From assembly GCA_964016885.1 (NCBI GenBank), contig OZ024741.1, positions 215,078,001 through 215,142,000 of the forward strand: DNA of 64,000 bases, in the 5' to 3' direction. Below are positions 58,390-64,000 of the stretch, piece after piece. The notes under the pieces were generated by a model. The model saw only the letters and a list, made by a program, of their open reading frames with translations, was not told where the DNA came from and searched no databases. Every line of letters begins with the position of its first letter. The stretch's first letter is position 1. The translations under genes were made by a program, and so were the position numbers. This stretch comes from Eledone cirrhosa (taxonomy: Eukaryota).

Positions 58390-58675
58390 CTGTGATAGTA
58401 TATCAGGACGACTTCACCGTAATGGTGTCTAACACCTCGGAAATCGAGGTGGATGGCAACTTCTTAGGGGAATACGAAACGTTGACGGGAGCAAAAATCA
58501 ACTCGGATAAGTCAGTTGGTTTGCAGGTCGGTACCCGGAGAGATAAATCCATGTCGTTCAACAGTGTCGTGGGACGACGGGTGGACTGACCTGTCAAGTT
58601 TCTCGGAGTCTGTTTCCAACCGGACCTCCAGGTGAATAGTAACTGAGACGAGATTACGAGTAGTGTGGTCACTCC
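58390..58675 (+). pseudogene. Tx1-like RT fragment
   Basis: YQDDFTVMVS..EYETLTGAKINSDKSVGL, homologous to 36050-36290. Confidence 0.8.
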
Positions 58676-58734
58676 GGGAGGAAGCTATATGGAGCAGTGT
58701 ACTTCCAGGATTACATTATCTATCGCGTTCTTCT

Positions 58735-59734
58735 CGTTGTAAGAGAGATTAGACTGTGAGATTTGACGAGTGAGAGGTTGTTATTTTTAGCAGGTTGAGC
58801 TGGCTCGTTAGCACGTGAGGAAACTATTAATGGAGAGTGGGTGTAATATATATATATGGTCACTGCGGCCCTTCTATCGGTCGCTGTCTTCATTTTGCAA
58901 AGCTGTCTAAACGTAATGTTATAACTCTAGGGTAATATACCTTATTGAGTGCTTAGCTGTACACAGAAACTGCATTCGTTAGCTTAGCTGCAACCATGGC
59001 TTCGTTGATGCTGGACTAAATTGTGTATTATTATCTCCTAGAATTAACCATTAATTGATTAATTTAATTAGACAATTCTATTGATCGATTAATTGTTTAT
59101 GTTTGTTTGATAACTTCTAGTTGAGTGCTTAATTCAGTTTGTGTAAGGGAATGTCTATTCCTTTGTTCCAAATTTTGAACTGACCGCAAAAATCGGGGGT
59201 TACCTCCCTTTCGGAAAACCATGTGTTTGCTAGCAGCGCTTACTCTAGCGTCATTACCCGAGCGGACCAGAACGAAAAACTTGTTGACGAAGTAAAACTC
59301 CATTGTTCTATCTTCAAAGACCATTAACTTGCAGACCCTGCAAGTGGATTTTGTTGATTTCGGATTTACAGAAACCTAGAGAAGATATTATGGATTATAT
59401 GTGATGTATATTATATGGTACATATTATATGGTATATATTATAGGCTATGTATTATGTGTTATGTATAATGTCGAAGTGATGGTCCAGGTTAGTCAAATT
59501 TTTCCTGAGTTCAGTGTTTTTCGTCGCTATGGTCACTGCGGCCCTTCTATCGGTCGCTGTCTTCATTTTGCAAAGCTGTCTAAACGTAATGTTATAACTC
59601 TAGGCATTCGTTAGCTTGGCTGCAACCATGGCTTCGTTGATGCTGTACTAAATTATATATATATATATATTACACCCACTCTCCATTAATATTTTCCTCA
59701 CGTGCCAACGAGCCAGCTCAACCTGCTAGAAATA
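58735..59734. mobile_element. Composite: inverted repeat (58782-58850 and 59665-59734) enclosing a direct-repeat unit (58855-59022 and 59528-59654)
   Basis: Read directly; short (TA)n at each junction. Confidence 0.7.
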
Positions 59735-59735
59735 C

Positions 59736-59880
<145 letters not shown>

Positions 59881-60055
59881 AAAAAACAGCGAACAAGTCT
59901 TAAAATAAGATGTTAAGTTTTCAGGTTTGGGTTACGACCCTTCTTTTGGGTGACATGACAGAACTCATTTCACGGTGTACGAACTTACAAAGTTAACAGT
60001 CCGAAAACAAAGGAAGAAAAATCACATTTCCCCATCATTATATCTACCATATCTT

Positions 60056-60138
60056 AGGGCGGTGGATTGCCAGTATCGCTAGAGGGACGGACGCCATGCT
60101 TTGCAGCAAAGAGTTAAGGCCTTTTATGATCTGAGTTC
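60056..60138 (+). mobile_element. SINE head truncated by (CAT)n
   Basis: GGTGGATTGCCAGTATCG...GATCTGAGTTCA. Confidence 0.7.
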
Positions 60139-60290
60139 ATCATCATCATCATCACCATCACCATTGTTGACGCCATTATCAACGATATCATCATCATCAT
60201 CATCATCAATATAATCATCATCATCATCATCATCATCATTTGCCATCATCATCATCATCATCATCATCATCAGCATCATTACCATCATCG
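60139..60290. repeat. (CAT)n microsatellite
   Basis: Direct reading. Confidence 0.9.
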
Positions 60291-60414
60291 TATGAAATAC
60301 AACACTTCATACAGACATGTCCTACGAAACTAGGTATTTTGATGAACGAAACAAATGAGAAAAAAATAATCCGATATCCATGTTTCAAAGATTAGAATAT
60401 CAATTGTTTGTTTT

Positions 60415-60625
60415 AGTGGATTGGCAGTATCGGTAGCGAGCCGGACATCATGCTTTGCAGCATAGAGTTACGGCCCTTTATGATCTGAGTTCGAATCCTA
60501 CCAAGGTTAACTTTGCCTTTCATCCTTACGGTCGATAAAATAAAGTACCAGTCACGCACTGGGGTCAATTTAATCGACTTTCCCCTCCCCCAAAATTGCT
60601 GGCCTTGTGCCTATATAAGAAACCT
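60415..60625 (+). mobile_element. Nin/Deu-core SINE
   Basis: A/B boxes and core as above. Confidence 0.88.
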
Positions 60626-60774
60626 TTATCTCTAGCATATCTTCCGTTTTATTTTATTTTCTAACCTGCTACTTAGTGAATAAACTAATGGAATAATAAC
60701 TAAGACGGGTAAAATAGGGAATGGAGGGTAAATATTGTGGGTAAATTCGTAGGTGAAATAATGGATTGAAGGTA

Positions 60775-60987
60775 ATAATTGTTTCTACTTTTGGCGCAAG
60801 GCCAGCAATTTTGGGGCAGGGGGATGTCGATTAAATCGATCCCAGTGCGTGACTGCTACTTTATTTTATCGACCCCGTAAGGATGAAAGGCAAAGTTAAC
60901 CTTGGCAGGATTCGAACTCAGACCGTAAAGGGCCACAACTCTATGTTGCCAAGCATGGCGTCCGACCCTCTACCGATACTGCCAATC
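60775..60987 (-). mobile_element. Nin/Deu-core SINE
   Basis: Inverted relative to 60415-60625. Confidence 0.88.
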
Positions 60988-61169
60988 TGATGGATCGTTC
61001 TGCAACTCCCGAGGGATTCGCTGGGCTGGCCCCTTGAAATATGGCGTTTCTAGAGCATTTTAAACCCTGGCGGAACCCATACCCTCTCCGGGTCTGAATA
61101 CAGTAGATTTCTTCCAGAGAAGGATAGATCGTGCGAGAATGGAAACGAAAAAGAGATATAGAGGAAGAA

Positions 61170-61425
61170 TGGACCCCAGTACTAGACTGGTACATGTTTA
61201 TCGACCTAGAAAGGATAAAAGGCAAAACTGACTTCGGTGGGATTCGAATTTATAGGGGAGAGAGCCGGAACGACCCCAGTACTAGACTGGTACATTTTTA
61301 TCGAACTAGAATAGATAAAAGGCAAAACTGACCTCGGTGAGATTCGAACTCATAGAGCAGTGAGCGGAAACGAATACCGCAAAGCATTCTATCTGACGTT
61401 CTAACGACTCTGACAATTCGCCGCT
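61170..61425 (-). mobile_element. Diverged Nin/Deu-core SINE with internal ~100-bp duplication
   Basis: GACCCCAGTACTAGACTGGTACAT..AAAAGGCAAAACTGAC occurs twice (61172 and 61272). Confidence 0.75.
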
Positions 61426-61489
61426 GTCAATATATGAATACTATCATAGGGGAAATACAGGGTTGAGAGTAAATTTTACGTTAAAATAG

Positions 61490-62520
61490 TTGGTAAATTG
61501 GGAGGTAAAATAATGGCCAGAGGGTAAACAAGTGGGAATAATTGTCAGCCAAATAATAGTTGGTGTGTTATATGAGAATAACAGAATGGGTAAAATATAT
61601 GGTAGTAAGTAAATGGTCGGTCAGAATCGCGGGAAAATTTGGGAAGTAAATTATCGGTGAGAAAGGTGGGTAAATTGGGGAGTATATGGTCGGTGAGAAT
61701 CGTGGGTAAATTGGGGAGTATATGGATGGTGAGCATAGTGGGTTAATTGGGAAGCATATGGTTGTTGAGACAGGTGGATAAATTGGTGAGAATGGTTGGT
61801 AAATTAGGGAGAATGGTGGGTAAATTAGTGATAATGGTGGGTAACTTGGTGAGAAATGTGGGCAAATTGTGGAGCATATGGTGGATAAATTGGTGAGAAT
61901 GGTGGGTAAATTGGGGCGTATATGGTTGGTGAGGATGGTGGGTAAATTGTAGAGCATATGGTGGATAAATTGGTGAGAATGGTGGGTAAATTGGGGCGTA
62001 TATGGTTGGTGAGGATGGTGGGTAAATCGTCGAATATATGGTCTGTGAAAATGGTGGGTAAACTGTAGAGAATGGTGGGTAAATTGGTGAAAGGTGGGTA
62101 AATTGGTGAGATGGTGGGTAAATTGGGGCGTATATGGTTGGTGAGGATGGTGGGTAAATTGTCGAATATATGGTCGGTGAAAATGGTGGGTAAACTGGAG
62201 AGAATGGTGGGTAAATTGGTGAAAGGTGGGTAAATTGGTGAGATGGTGGGTAAATGGTGAGAAGAGATGGGTAAATTGGTGAGAATGGTGGGTAAATCGA
62301 AGAGAATCCTGGGTAAATTGGTGAAAATGGTGGGTAATTGGTGAGAATGTTGTGTAAATTGGGTAGATAGGTGGGTAAATTGGTGAGATTGGTGAGAATG
62401 TTGTGTAAATTGGGTAGAATGGTGGGTAAATTGGTGAGATGGTGGGTAAATTGTAGAGCAAATTAGTTGAATCCTGGATAAAAATTGTGGATGAAATAGC
62501 AGGTAAAATAGAAGGTAAAT
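61490..62520. repeat. G-rich minisatellite, ~21-bp unit GGTAAATTGGTGAGAATGGTG
   Basis: Direct reading; includes higher-order ~66-bp and ~120-bp duplications. Confidence 0.9.
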
Positions 62521-62649
62521 AGTAGATTATGTTGAGGTGTGTGTGGGGGGGTTAGTTAAGAAGGTAAGTAATATGTAAGGTTTCAATCATGACCTTTTCT
62601 TGGTAAATGACAGAATTCATTTCACGGTACATGGAGTTAAAAAAACAAC

Positions 62650-62716
62650 ATTTCTAAAGAAAGAAAAAAGGAAGAAAGTAAGACAGGAAAAAAAGCAAGC
62701 AAGCAAGCACGAAGGA

Positions 62717-62780
<64 letters not shown>

Positions 62781-63034
62781 AGAAAGAAGAAGGAAAGAAG
62801 AAATAAATAAAGAAAGAAAGAAAAAAGCAAGGACGAAAGAAAAAAAGAAAGAATGAAAGGGAAAAAAGAAAGAAAGAAAAAAAGGAAGAATGTAAGTAAC
62901 AAAGAAAGAAAGACAGAAAAAAGCAAGCAACCACGAAAGAAAGAAGAAAAGAAAGAAGGAAAGAAAGAAAAACGAAAGAAAGAAGAAAAGAAAGAAAGAA
63001 AAAAAGAAAGGAAGAAAGAAGAAATAAATAAATA

Positions 63035-63090
<56 letters not shown>

Positions 63091-63231
63091 ATATATTTTC
63101 CCATCATTTTTACCAGTTTAAAATCTAATTTATCTTCTATAATAATTCTTGAAATGGAAATAATTCATAAAATAAAAAGAGAAGAAAATGTCCTTGGTTG
63201 GATGTCACATTTTTCTATACTTCCGTTATTT

Positions 63232-63294
<63 letters not shown>

Positions 63295-63457
63295 TTATTA
63301 CAGCTCCGATACTATGGGCATGTTGTTAGAATGTCACAGGATGGAATCGCTGGACAGATTTTACGGGCAAGAAGAAGAAGAAGAAGAAGGAAGAAGAAGA
63401 AGAAGAAGAAGAAGAAGAAGAAGAAGAAGAAGAAGAAGAAGAAGAAGAAGAAGAAGA

Positions 63458-63510
<53 letters not shown>
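62650..63510. repeat. (GAAA)n, (ATTT)n, (GAA)n and (TA)n microsatellites with a tiny RTE-like scrap at 63300-63368
   Basis: Direct reading; the scrap translates QLRYYGHVVRM. Confidence 0.85.
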
Positions 63511-63519
<9 letters not shown>

Positions 63520-64000
63520 CTTTATTATGTCAAAACTGTTGCATATTTTTGCTTGAAATGTTCACAACCGCTTCTCCTACAGTAAATACATGTAAGTGCT
63601 TAGCTAATTTTAAAGGGTTTTCATGTGCTGTGGTATATATATAAATTATTAATCTATATAGATATTTATATACATATAACCTATTGTAATGTAATAAGAT
63701 AAAAATACTTGCAACCATAATTCTTCATATAACCTAATTGATTATATATACAATATTATAACTCATAATATAGGTAAATAAATTTAAATTTAAACTCTGG
63801 AATCATATTCCACCTTTTCCCCCAAATTAACGTAAATAAAAGTTCTTCTTCCTTTTTCTTCTTTCCTACTCATGCATACATATCCTAATGATTTAAATTC
63901 TCCATAGCGTCTAAAATAATCTTTTTTTTTCATCCCTTTACCTCAATCTCATTTGCACACTCATCTTAATAATTTGAAATATCTGACTTTTCTTCTCTTA

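Noticed and set aside
58925-58945. Hairpin-ribozyme loop B motif GGTATATTACC on the minus strand
   Set aside because: The partner strands (AGAAACA, AGAA, GUC) are not in place, and the motif is not kept in the related sequence at 49490.
61568-62461. 297-aa His/Pro/Thr-rich ORF
   Set aside because: Product of the 21-bp minisatellite, whose unit length is a multiple of three.

Overview
AT-rich, microsatellite-dense eukaryotic DNA. The SINE families resemble octopus/coleoid cephalopod SINEs (an inference). No host gene can be supported, and most ORFs in the track are artefacts of (TA)n/(CA)n repeats. The window is dominated by Penelope-like retroelements (PLEs): three Naiad-type and one Neptune-type RT+GIY-YIG copies, Nematis-like fragments, and many non-coding pseudo-LTR (pLTR) pieces. 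Almost all are inserted into (TA)n tracts, often as head-to-head palindromes with one longer arm. About 25 type-I hammerhead ribozyme (HHR) motifs can be read by eye, some degenerate. Highlights: (i) a non-coding 549-nt HHR-to-HHR tandem unit with retrozyme architecture (12250-13275); (ii) a PLE-style palindrome in which a tRNA-like cloverleaf sits where other families carry an HHR (32250-32678); (iii) a Naiad ORF enclosed by near-identical 4.1-kb inverted pLTRs (37607-47937); (iv) HHRs with 90-115 nt stem II insertions or a U3-A8 covariant core. Also present: R4/Dong-like RLE LINEs in (TACA)n, a Tx1-like LINE in (GATA)n, RTE and CRE fragments, a maT-like and a mariner DNA transposon, several tRNA-derived SINEs and two minisatellites. 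All coordinates and folds were read by eye and need computational confirmation.
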